A DNA stretch of 63,795 nucleotides, the filler included, from Octopus bimaculoides (taxonomy: Eukaryota): NCBI RefSeq assembly GCF_001194135.2. It is 5 parts of 5 records of this genome, joined end to end, with 100 filler letters (N's around TTAATTAATTAA, not from the genome) between each part and the next. Parts side by side here need not be neighbours in the genome. Positions count along the whole stretch, not along the records: positions 50,567 to 57,524 come from NC_068982.1; positions 57,625 to 63,795 come from NC_068986.1; 3 more parts are not named here. One strand, given 5' to 3'. The position numbers and the translations under genes were made by a program. This document shows positions 52,267 to 63,250 of the stretch, piece after piece. Position 1 is the first letter of the stretch. Each line of letters starts with the position of its first letter. The notes under the pieces are model-generated. The model did no database searches. It worked only from the letters and a program-made list of their open reading frames with translations, and was not told the origin of the DNA.

Positions 52267-52356
<90 letters not shown>

Positions 52357-52399
52357 AAAAAACTGCTCTTATAAGAACAGTTACGATATGAGATTGGTA

Positions 52400-52900
52400 G
52401 TTTGATGGTGATTGTCGTCCACAGTAACTTCACATCTAGGTACCAAAGTTTATTATTTCCAGAAAGAGACACCGTGAGACCTCTGACAACGGGTTGGTGT
52501 CGGCTCTTTCAGATTCAATCTGAGGAAGTAAGACCGAGATCCCTGGAATCTCTGATCACGAGCGGGGTTATCAGGGGGACATTATAGCTATGTGTTGAGA
52601 GCAATTCTCTGGTGTTTGAATAATTCACCTCTGGAAACGGATGTCTCGTTCCTCATTTTTTTTTTAAACCCTCATTTAGGGACCTTTCGAGCAGGATGGG
52701 CTACTCAAACTGAAGAATCTAACTTGCAAGGTCATGCGAAATTTATCATGATACGAGATCACCATGTCGCGCACATATGGTTGTGATGCCTGTGCCTGGT
52801 GTCCCTTTATTACACGGGTAATCATGATGAGTATATTGAGATTCGAAAATTTTTACCCCAATGTCACTTTGATTACATGCGCTGCTCTCTTATTCAGTAA
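52400..52900. repeat. Unclassified interspersed repeat
   Basis: catatggttgtgatgcctgtgcctggtgtccc...ttaccccaatgtcactttga resembles a common octopus repeat (from memory, not verified). Confidence 0.45.
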
Positions 52901-53125
52901 TAATAATGATGATGGTGATGGTCATGATGATGATAAAGTGGCATTGGACGATAAAGCAGTAGGTACACTACAAATACGCGCCTTTATATAAGGCTTGAAT
53001 ATTCTTTAGTTCAGGTCTCAAGGACAAAAGACATTTATTTCCAGCAAATATGGTATCACTTCCATTTTGTCGACGACCCAGATAATTTGAAACTTCTTTT
53101 GAGAAAACTTTTGAAGAGAGAGAGA

Positions 53126-53199
<74 letters not shown>

Positions 53200-54006
53200 A
53201 TATGTGGGTTGTAGAAAGGATGAACAGTTAGAGAGTGAGTGAAAATAAAAAGCAGACCCAGGGAAGCCAAAAGGAGACAGAGACATGTTAAGAGAGAGAT
53301 AGAGGGAGAGAGTGTGTGTGAGTCACACTAAGTAAAAAAAGTAACATAACAAAATATATGTGCGTGGTTTTGAGTGTGTATGATCGTGTGTGTCCGTTTA
53401 TTTACGAGATTAAAAAGAAAGGCAGCATCACTCCATTTGAAATAACAATCTGAAAATTTATAAAGAAGGCAGTGCAAAACGCTGTAAATTACGTCAGACA
53501 TTTGAAATTTATCTTTACTATGTTTTACAGGAGAAGAAATATTTGTATAAAATTGTTGTAAATAATATTTTCTAAACTTGATAATTTATAGGAAATTGGA
53601 TATGAAGAAAAAGTAAAGTAATTGTTGAAGCATTCCAGAAGGATCATTTGATTACGTTTTAAATGCTTGCATTTAATATATAAGGATATGTGAGCAGACA
53701 CACTGTTCTATCGGAGTCGCCATTATTCCTGGTTGGTGTAGACAAGGTACATGGCGTGCGTGCGTGTGTGTGTGTGCGCGTACATGTGCATGTGTGCGTG
53801 TAGATTGGTATTTATTTTGGCATTATTTCAATTGCATACGAAGAAATTTGCCAGAAGATCTTTAGATTTATTTCTATGAAAAAAGTGTTTACAGTGAAAT
53901 ATATACAGACATGCTGAAGGATTGAATGATTCCTCAAAGTTTACATAAACGATTCTAAGCTTACATTTTAAAATGTTAACCTATTTCTGCCAAAAAACAC
54001 TTAACG

Positions 54007-54055
<49 letters not shown>

Positions 54056-54670
54056 GGGAGAGGGAGTAGGGGGGACAGATTAAGAAAGAAAAAAGAAGGA
54101 CGTAAAAAAAATAGAACAAAAAATAAACACAACAAAAAAATAAACCAGTTACGCAGATAACTTTTTTGGACTTCCTTCCGTTAATGTTTTCTGTTTGTGA
54201 TATGTAAAACAATACGTACAGGACTCCAATACAGCTAAGCACGAATATGTGAATATCAGTAAAGAGAATCTGGAAGACGAAACAAGTATCAACATTATCC
54301 AACAGAGGCCACTGCATCTTGTAACGTCAGGGAGTGGGAAAAAAATATATAAATATAATTAAAACATGCGCAACCAAATAAAGACAAACATAAATACAGA
54401 ATAACTTTCCACAGAGAGTTAACATAGGTATGTATTCATGTGTGTGGCCATAGATGTGCATGCTTATAACTAGCTACATCTATTCATTTATCTATCTAGC
54501 TATATTTAAATAATAAGGGTAAAAATTGATATTAATTAGATTAATATCAATTTAAACCAGTGCCCTAGCATATTGAAAAAAATCTGAAGATTCAGAAAAT
54601 TATATTGCATACATATAAGTGGAATGACCACTAGGTGGACTCGTAATATGCTAAATGTAGACCTCACATG

Positions 54671-54853
54671 GTCTGACCACTAAGAAAAATTGTTCTCAAG
54701 AAAATTCGGCAGACGCCAGAACGTAAAGCGAGCAAAACAAATGAAAAGATACATGAATAATTATTATATTTTTGTTGTTGTCATATTGCCAGTTTAGCCA
54801 CGTTCTGACGTTTGCCGAATTTTCTTGGGAACAATTTTCCTTAGTGGGCAGAC
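54671..54853. mobile_element. MITE-like element with 54-bp inverted arms; right end runs into a gap
   Basis: gtctgaccactaagaaaaattgttctcaagaaaattcggcagacgccagaacgt versus reverse complement gtctgcccactaaggaaaattgttcccaagaaaattcggcaaacgtcagaacgt (5 mismatches). Confidence 0.85.
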
Positions 54854-54944
54854 NNNNNNNNNNNNNNNNNNNNNNNNNNNNNNNNNNNNNNNNNNNNNNN
54901 NNNNNNNNNNNNNNNNNNNNNNNNNNNNNNNNNNNNNNNNNNNN

Positions 54945-54981
<37 letters not shown>

Positions 54982-56262
54982 TGGATGCATAAATAGATAT
55001 GGATGTATGCATGTATATTGTACGACTGGAGGGAGTGATAGAGAAAAATCACACACATACGTATATCTTGTATGCTTGTGCAAGTGTATGCAAGTGTCTT
55101 TGTGTTTGTGAATATTCGAATCGTTAGAGCACCGAAGACATGCATACTTAATTACATAAACTTTATCAAATCAGTCAGAATATTTTAAAATTCTTACACA
55201 GTAAAATATAAAAACTGAAATCATGAAAACATAATTCTTTAAATGTTGATGAAATTTTGATGTGGTTCTCCAAATACACTATTCAGAATTGCCTGTTCTA
55301 AATCACCTTTGTATTTCTGTTCAACATTTTTGAAAAACATTTCAAGTTGGAACTAAAGACTGTTGACAAAACCTCGTCTCAGTTTCCTATAATTGGTGAA
55401 ATAGCTCCAACATGTTTTTATCTATTGAATCTTGTGAAGTTTTACTATTCCATCTATTTTGTTGGCAACACGTCGTTGCTTATTTAGAAATATGTTTTAG
55501 GTCTTTTCACTAGCAGCTGATGCATTATAGGGCAAATCCTTGGGTCCCAGTTGTGAAAATCCTATCAATGTTGAAATTATATTCCACCTGTCAACACTTC
55601 TATCTAATTTTATATCTCCTTCGGTCGTTACACCAACGTGTTCGTATTCATTGGTTACAAACCGACAGCTATGTTCCTACAAGTACATACACCAATTACA
55701 CAAACAAATATACAACATGTGAGTCTGTGTGTTCATGTGTTTGTGTGTGCTGTGTGTATGTATAGATAAACGTAGATACGAATATACTTTATGCGCATTT
55801 GTAGGTATGAATAACACTTACATATGGAAAATAATAATATTTACTAAATCTACAATTCAGCGTGATAAAATCACATATCGGAGTGTTAGAGATACGATAT
55901 GTATATGTGGATGGAACCATGTTTAGTGGTTCTGTATTTATATTAGTGTACGATTAAATGCCTGCTGGCATTAAAGGAAAGACAATAAAAAAATCAAATT
56001 GAATAAGTAATAGAAAGTGAGAAATAGTTAAATTTATTATTAAAAAGAATAATAATAGAAATAAATGTTTCGGCGAAAAGACCGGAAACCTTAATATTAA
56101 TCTTATAAAATATTCTCGGTTCTCACTGTGAACAATGACCTACAGGCTCGAATTGCAGAGAGTAATTACAGGCTTCCGTTTGTTCAAAGTTCACTGGGTC
56201 TTTGTAAATTGGGTCATGTATATACACACACTCACACATGCATACGTGTATTTATGTAAGCT

Positions 56263-56310
<48 letters not shown>

Positions 56311-56431
56311 TTCACTATTTNNNNNNNNNNNNNNNNNNNNNNNNNNNNNNNNNNNNNNNNNNNNNNNNNNNNNNNNNNNNTATATATATATATATATATA
56401 GCAAGAGAGAGGGGGAGAGATAAATCAGACT

Positions 56432-56477
<46 letters not shown>

Positions 56478-57329
56478 GATAGATAGATAGATAGAGATAG
56501 ATAGATAGATAGATAGATTGATTGATAGATAGATAGATGAACGAGGGAGCATGAGATGGGAGGACTGATGTAAATACAGAAGTATAATACAGTACGAATG
56601 ACAAAATTATTGGTTCGTTTAAGCAGGTTTGACGCATATACATGCACGCATCCATACACATATATATATACATATGGAGTTTGTGTAATTAAGCCCGTCC
56701 TCGGTAATCAGATTCCATTATACAACGAAAACGGACCTCCTTACTTTTTTTGCGAGTGAGTGGGGAACATGATAAATATTTTTTTTTAACAGTTCGTTAT
56801 GACATGAATTGTTGGCGAAAACATTTTTGCAGTTAACTCAAGATTACATACACTAATATCAAATTCATTGTAGGCACTGAACTGTGCAATCAGCCACATC
56901 GCTGACTTTATAGAAAACATTAGAGATTAACCTTAGGAGAAACAAGCATCTTGTTGTTGTTTATTGCATTAATTTTTTTATTATTTTGTTTTCTTCTCGT
57001 CATCCCTTTTCTTCATCTGAATTTCTGGTCTGTGTATATGTTTTAGCAGTGATATGCCAAAGAAATGATAATAACACCTTCAATGGTGGTCATATATGCT
57101 GTAAAATACAGGATCATGAAAGCAATCGATTTTATACATAAAACTGAAGTGTCGATATTTTCCAGTATTGGTACAATAATATAAACACACCGACGATATA
57201 TTTCGTTTCGCATCCTGTATAATGATATTGCAGTAATAAACGTCTTGTAATATCTCGATGAATCAACTGTATGCAAAAAAAATTAAATGCTCACTCAATT
57301 TTCCTTGTTAATATTTATATCATGTATAT

Positions 57330-57361
<32 letters not shown>

Positions 57362-57489
57362 ACCCTGTTCGAAGGTTATAAAGGACACAGGTTTCGTGTG
57401 TCACATAGCTAGCTAGAGGCGATGGCTTCTTGGAGCTAATTCACGGCAGCTTCCGTCCTAATTTTGGGACTGCCATGTTGGCTTGGCGA

Positions 57490-57524
<35 letters not shown>

Positions 57525-59163
57525 NNNNNNNNNNNNNNNNNNNNNNNNNNNNNNNNNNNNNNNNNNNNTTAATTAATTAANNNNNNNNNNNNNNNNNNNN
57601 NNNNNNNNNNNNNNNNNNNNNNNNTAATTTGATCTGAGACCATGTGTTGAAACTAAAACGATTTATGCATTGTTTTATGATTTAAGAAATTCAGGAATGT
57701 GTTATAAAAAAGTTATCTGCATTTATTCTAATGGATTATTTTTTTCTTGTGCACCAGAACATTCAAGACCAATTATATGATTTCTATGGGATCTTTTTGG
57801 TTTGACAGGCAAACATTTTTATCTGTTCTATAACACAAAATATACAAGTATACGAAGTTTGAAAGTGTTTCGGTACCAAAAACACTACATAAAACATTAA
57901 TGAAAAGTGTTGCCCGTCAAATCAGAAAGATCCTTTCCATGGTGTGTAAATGACCGAGATAACAACTTACACTCTTGTAGCGGGATGTATAGCAAAAGGT
58001 GTTGATGGTTCAATGTACGTTGTCTGGTGTAGCAGATGAAGATAGGCTTGTTGGACGACATCAAAAGAAAACAATGAGGAAAGCATCGAAATGTAGTTTT
58101 AAATAATTTATTTGATCAACAGTTGCATCTACGTGTTGGATACACAAAGCTTGATTCGAATATCAATAAAGGCCGCCACATAAAGTCAACTGCTTCGAGT
58201 CGACAAAGGAAAAAGAAAACAACAGAAGTAGAATGTTGATTTGATGTAATAGTTAGTACAAGGCGCCTTTTGAGGCAGTGTGTGCGTTTGTCATTTGGTC
58301 GGGTCGTGCTGTTTTTCTGTCCTGTCTGTTCGTGCTCTGCAATTGATACTGTCTTGTATCGTTGGCTATCTAGATGGTCATCGTTCGCTCATGCTGACTA
58401 TGTGGCTCTCTGTTGACTGCTTGTCTGTCGCAAGCCATCTGACTATCTGTCGTGTGTCTAAGGAAACCGTATTTATGATGGACTTCGTAGCTAGAAGAGA
58501 CACCGTAGGAATAGTTTGTACCTATCCAGGTCACCTGCTGTCCAGTTGAATCCTTCAGTGACCCAACTCAGGTCAGAGGTCGAATGGAAATCCATCCATC
58601 ATTTTTTGACAGGACAAAGAAATATCTTTCACGCCTGTTCGGCCAGTGGTGGATCAGGCGAGCGAGAATTCTTAGATTCGGTTTCGAATCTCAGCTCGGA
58701 AAATGAAATGTTTGTTTTTACACTAAGCAGCTGAAGTGACATGCCATATCAAATCGATATGATGTAGCCTACTACCAAATGTAGGGTGTAGATGTAACGC
58801 TTGAAGATTCTCGCATCGGAGTAACCAGTGAATATGGAAGAATCAACACCAAAAAGGAAGAAATATCATTTACATATATCTATTCGTTTGCCCGACATGT
58901 AATTAGAGAGACAGCAGTAATTGTAGTGATAGTGACAAAAAGGTTGGCTCGCTGGTTAGTAGTTGATAGTGTAGAAGTTCCTGTCTGCCAGTAGAGAGGG
59001 AAAGAGTAAGGAATGCACGGTGCTGACCAGAAAGGAAGAAAGGATAAAGGTGGCATCGTCTTTCTTGCAGCCGAATGCTTCTCTTCGTATGTCGAGCGAA
59101 GGTAAAGTGCTGCTCTTGGTCATGGCTGACATAAAAGAGGGTGCTACTCCTTGGTCTAGCTGA

Positions 59164-59250
<87 letters not shown>

Positions 59251-59504
59251 AAATGCTCTCTGTTATGTAGACTATGGTCAGTGATGTAGGTCAAGCCTTA
59301 AACAAAGGACTGACCTTTCCTTGACCAGCACAGGTTCTTGTGGCTCAAATGTTTCCCCATCAATCATCTGGTGTGGAGAGGATTTCCCCCGCTTGCTTTG
59401 ACAAGCAACAAGCAGATTTGGTTTCAAATCTCAGGCAGGGCCAAGTGAGTTCCCTACACTCTGAACAAGAAGCTGGTCCATTGCAGGTTTCAAGGCCAGC
59501 AATT

Positions 59505-59685
59505 TTTTTGCGGAAATTAAGAAGTCGATTACATCGAACCCAGTACTTAACTGATAATTTATTTTATCGACTGCATAGGAATGAAAGGAAAAGTTGACCT
59601 CGGCAGGATTTGAACTCAGAACACAAAGAACCAGAAGAAATACTGTTAAGCAGTTTGACACACTAACGATTCTGCTAGCTAAGCG
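59505..59685 (-). mobile_element. SINE family B
   Basis: gtcgattacatcgaacccagtac...gaaaggaaaagttgacctcggcaggatttgaactcagaac. Confidence 0.88.
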
Positions 59686-60507
59686 CCAATTTATTGGGAG
59701 AATATAAACAAATGTGATGTGTACATATATGAATATGAAGTGAGACTACAAGAAATATTATTTACAGGTGTGTGTTACAGTGCCAATAGCATACACTAAT
59801 AGCAATGAGAGTATTTAGTATTTCTTATTACTATTCTGCCACGATTCTGAAGACTGCGTTTTCAGGATCGCTTATACCATAACCCGAAAAATGTGAGGAA
59901 AATATTACAAGTGAGAGATGGCAAAAGGCTCAACCAGAGAGAAAGAGTTCATAAGCAGCTTATGAAGAAATGACTCAACTAAGAATTGCACCAAAACTCG
60001 CCTTTCTGGAAGCTTAACATCGCTTTAAAGAATAACTTTGTAATTAGTAAGGCAAATAAGAATTGCCATGGAAATTTCATGGCATAAAAGATGCATCCCA
60101 ATCTCTGCAGCCCATTTCGGGAAAAAGGTTTTTAGTGCATTAAAGATTATGGGTAGCCAATCTTCATATGCAGGACCCGTGGTGACTTTTTGAGACTTTG
60201 GGACGGTGGTGTGCATCTTATATGCTTTCAAATGCGGTACTTAGAAGAGAAGGGTAATTTTTTTGAGGCTAAAAGATAACGAAGGGCAAGAGAACGTAGA
60301 CATGAAGCGATAATTATCCTGCAATTGAAAAATCGCAAATCTGCCTTACCGTTTATCTACAGCGGCATATTATATGGTTAGTGACATTCTCTTGGAAACG
60401 TTGTAAGCTCACAAGAGGGAGACAAAAGTCAAGGAGACGCTTTGAGGAACGCTATTTAGGCGGAGGGACGCTTATAAATTTTCAAGGAAATAAGTAAAAC
60501 ATTTGAC

Positions 60508-60787
60508 GGCGATCTTTCGTTTTGACTTGCAGAACTGTCATCCGAATCAGCAGTTTTGTTTGTTAATTTCTGTAAATCTTTTACTTTTGCTTTAAAGTGA
60601 AAGAGAGGAGAAAGTGAAAGATGTATGGACGTGAGAGAGAGAGAGAGAGAGAGAGAGAGTGCCACTTACATATACAGGAGAACACACACGTTCACTCACC
60701 CTCTCTCTCTCTCTTACACACACATAAAAGATGTATACATATATATTGATGTATGCCCGTATACATGACAACACCCCCTTCACTCAC

Positions 60788-60857
<70 letters not shown>

Positions 60858-60993
60858 CTATTTCATATACACATACATCTTTCACTTTCTCCTCACTTTC
60901 ACTTTAAAACAAAAGTAAATAAATAAAAAAATTTTTTTACAGAAATTAATGAAATCCAGATGACAGTTCTGCAAGTCAAAACGAAAGATCGCC
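60508..60993. repeat. 486-bp fold-back element with 35-bp perfect outer arms
   Basis: ggcgatctttcgttttgacttgcagaactgtcatc at 60508-60542 and its exact reverse complement at 60959-60993; arms continue inward through to (GA)n/(TC)n. Confidence 0.93.
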
Positions 60994-61224
60994 ACAGTGT
61001 ATGGTCGACGAGCAGAAAACAAGACATGATGCATCAAGGTCCTACCCTTTTTAGTAATTTCTACGAAAACGTAACACGAGGACACTAATCCATGCAAATA
61101 TCTAAAAGGGAAAATGCTTGATAGAATGATATAAGAATATATGGGTAATAAACTACAGCACAAAATTTGCTTCTGGTCGATTAAAATATTCTGTATTTAG
61201 ATTTTTCCTTTTTCTATTTTACAA

Positions 61225-61280
61225 AACACGTGGAGGTATCATTTGTAAAACACAGTTCTACAAAGAGTTGAGAACCACTG
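61225..61280. mobile_element. Solo hAT-type terminus
   Basis: gagttgagaaccactg, same TIR class as 13664-14006. Confidence 0.5.
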
Positions 61281-62189
61281 GTCTATGATATACAGCAGAG
61301 GTGCGTAACTAATTCCTTTGCGCTATTTATTTACATCCCTAAACATTCCGAATTCAAATCCTCCGAGATAGACTTTCACCCTTCTGGTGCCGATGAAACA
61401 AATGTCATATGCACCGGCATCGATCCAGTCAATTATACACTCTCCATATTACAGGCTTTATATCTATTTACGATGCTATTTAAAAATATCACTCAAAGTA
61501 AAAGATATGCACCTAATGAGCCGAGACCATGACACGGTTTCGATTTCACCATAAAGCTACATTAAATGCTGCTAATGTTTTCGATAGAGTATAGGCTCAA
61601 ACTGTCCTTTTTTTTTTATTCAGATAATGAGGCCTTTGTATTAAAAGAAAATTTTTAAAGAGAAAAACGCAATTTTATCATGTAATTTGATTAAAGAAAA
61701 TAACTTACCGCATGCAAATGCCCCCTACCAAATATTATGCTTTTAATTTGTAGCATAGCTACATATATTCCATATATGGAATATATTCGTTGTATTAGCA
61801 TGACTCTTGTATGTTTTTACATTTTTAGAAAGCACCCTCCAATAAAATCTCGAAATAAATGAAATGTGGCTTTTCATAAAAAAGAAAAATAGTATTTCCT
61901 ATCTATGAGATACATCAAACAAAATCACTTCAAACGACAGAAACCGTTAGATTGCAAACACCATCACTGGCGCAGTAGCAATGACAATATTAGACGTGGT
62001 TACAGAATTGTTTACGAATCATTTCATCAAAGAATAAAATCTGAAATTATAATTGAAACGAATGGTGAGTTAATAGAAGCGGTAAAGTGTCAACGTACAA
62101 AGTTCGAATCCCCTTAGAATCGACTTTGATATGTGTATGTTCTGATTTTATTTTATTTTTTTAATATAAATAATTGTATTGCCTTCACT

Positions 62190-62430
62190 GTGTTAACCGT
62201 TTTACAAAATCAAACTGGTATGGTTATGTGTTACGTATGAATGAAGACAGCTGTGTGAGGAAGTGCCACTCCCTAACTGTAGAAGGAAACTGTGGAAGAG
62301 GTAGACCCAGGAAGACCTGGGACGAGGTGGTGAAGCATGACCTTCGAACATTGGGCCTCAGAGGCAATGACAGGAGACCGAGACCTTTGGAAATATGCTG
62401 TGATTGAGAAGACCCAGCAACTAAAGTGAG
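62190..62430 (+). mobile_element. RTE-clade LINE 3' end
   Basis: WYGYVLRMNEDSCVRKCHSLTVEGNCGRGRPRKTWDEVVKHDLRTLGL / DRDLWKYAVIEKT. Confidence 0.92.
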
Positions 62431-62470
62431 ATCGCAGCCATGCATGTCCAACCCTGTTAAGAATACCCCA

Positions 62471-62641
62471 GTGACACGTAAAAAGCACCATCCGAACATG
62501 GTCGATGCCAGGTCTGCCTGACTGGCTCCCGTGTTGGTGGCACGTAAAAAGCACCAACCGAACATGGCCAATGCCAGTACTCCCTGACTGGCTCTTGTGC
62601 CGGTGGCATGTAAAAAGCACCATCCAAACATAGCCAGTGCC
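62471..62641 (+). repeat. 66-bp tandem repeat (about 2.6 units) following the RTE end
   Basis: Units start at 62471, 62537 and 62603; core gtggcacgtaaaaagcacca. Confidence 0.9.
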
Positions 62642-62863
62642 TGCAGTTGAAAGTGCTCAAGTGACACTGAGGCAAAAAGGAAAATAAAACTGAAAGGTGT
62701 AATGAATAAATGCTCCAATCGGTCAAAACAACTTTATATCATTCTCAAATTATCAAAAATCGAATATAAATATATTAAAACAATAGGGCACCCAATGGTA
62801 AAACCCATACAAGATGGCTGATAGTTAGCAAGGTGAGACACACATAAGAAAGAAGAAAGCAAA

Positions 62864-62908
62864 GGACCACTGATGAGGTCACAGAAGTGTGACGAAAGAA
62901 CTCAGGCC
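62864..62908 (+). ncRNA. Hammerhead-ribozyme-like core (minimal type I, degenerate), possibly a Penelope-like element terminal repeat
   Basis: GGACCA-CTGATGA-G-GTCACA-GAAG-TGTGAC-GAAA-GAAC-TC-AGGCC: both catalytic boxes, 6-bp stem II, minimal stem III, imperfect stem I. Confidence 0.5.
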
Positions 62909-63024
62909 GAAGTAGGATTAATGTAATGTAATGTAATATAAAGCTGAAGCAAATTAACACCAAATATACAGTGCGTGTGTTTTTATTGGCTAAACTGGCA
63001 ATATGACCATCCCCAAGTACAATA

Positions 63025-63080
<56 letters not shown>

Positions 63081-63081
63081 G

Positions 63082-63163
63082 AATAAAAATATATACATAC
63101 AATATTAGATATGCCCTTATGTATATATGTACAAATCTAATATTGTATGTATATATTTTTATT
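63082..63163. repeat. Perfect 29-bp stem, 24-nt loop hairpin
   Basis: aataaaaatatatacatacaatattagat / atctaatattgtatgtatatatttttatt. Confidence 0.9.
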
Positions 63164-63250
63164 AATTTGCCTGTACAGCTGATAATTCGCTTGCCACTCA
63201 TGATGGTATTTTAATAATACCATCCCTATATTTATATATATATATATATT

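Noticed and set aside
53976-54317. Minus ORF resembling GPCR TM5-TM6
   Set aside because: Hydrophobicity derives largely from A-rich low-complexity sequence; no conserved GPCR motif
58260-59160. GC-richer block with gag-like FNWTAGDLDRYKLF (minus) and small ORFs
   Set aside because: Similarity is too short to call an LTR element or exon; needs a repeat or protein search
62471-62641. 66-bp repeat as a CRISPR-like array
   Set aside because: Whole units are homologous (no unique spacers), eukaryotic context, no cas genes
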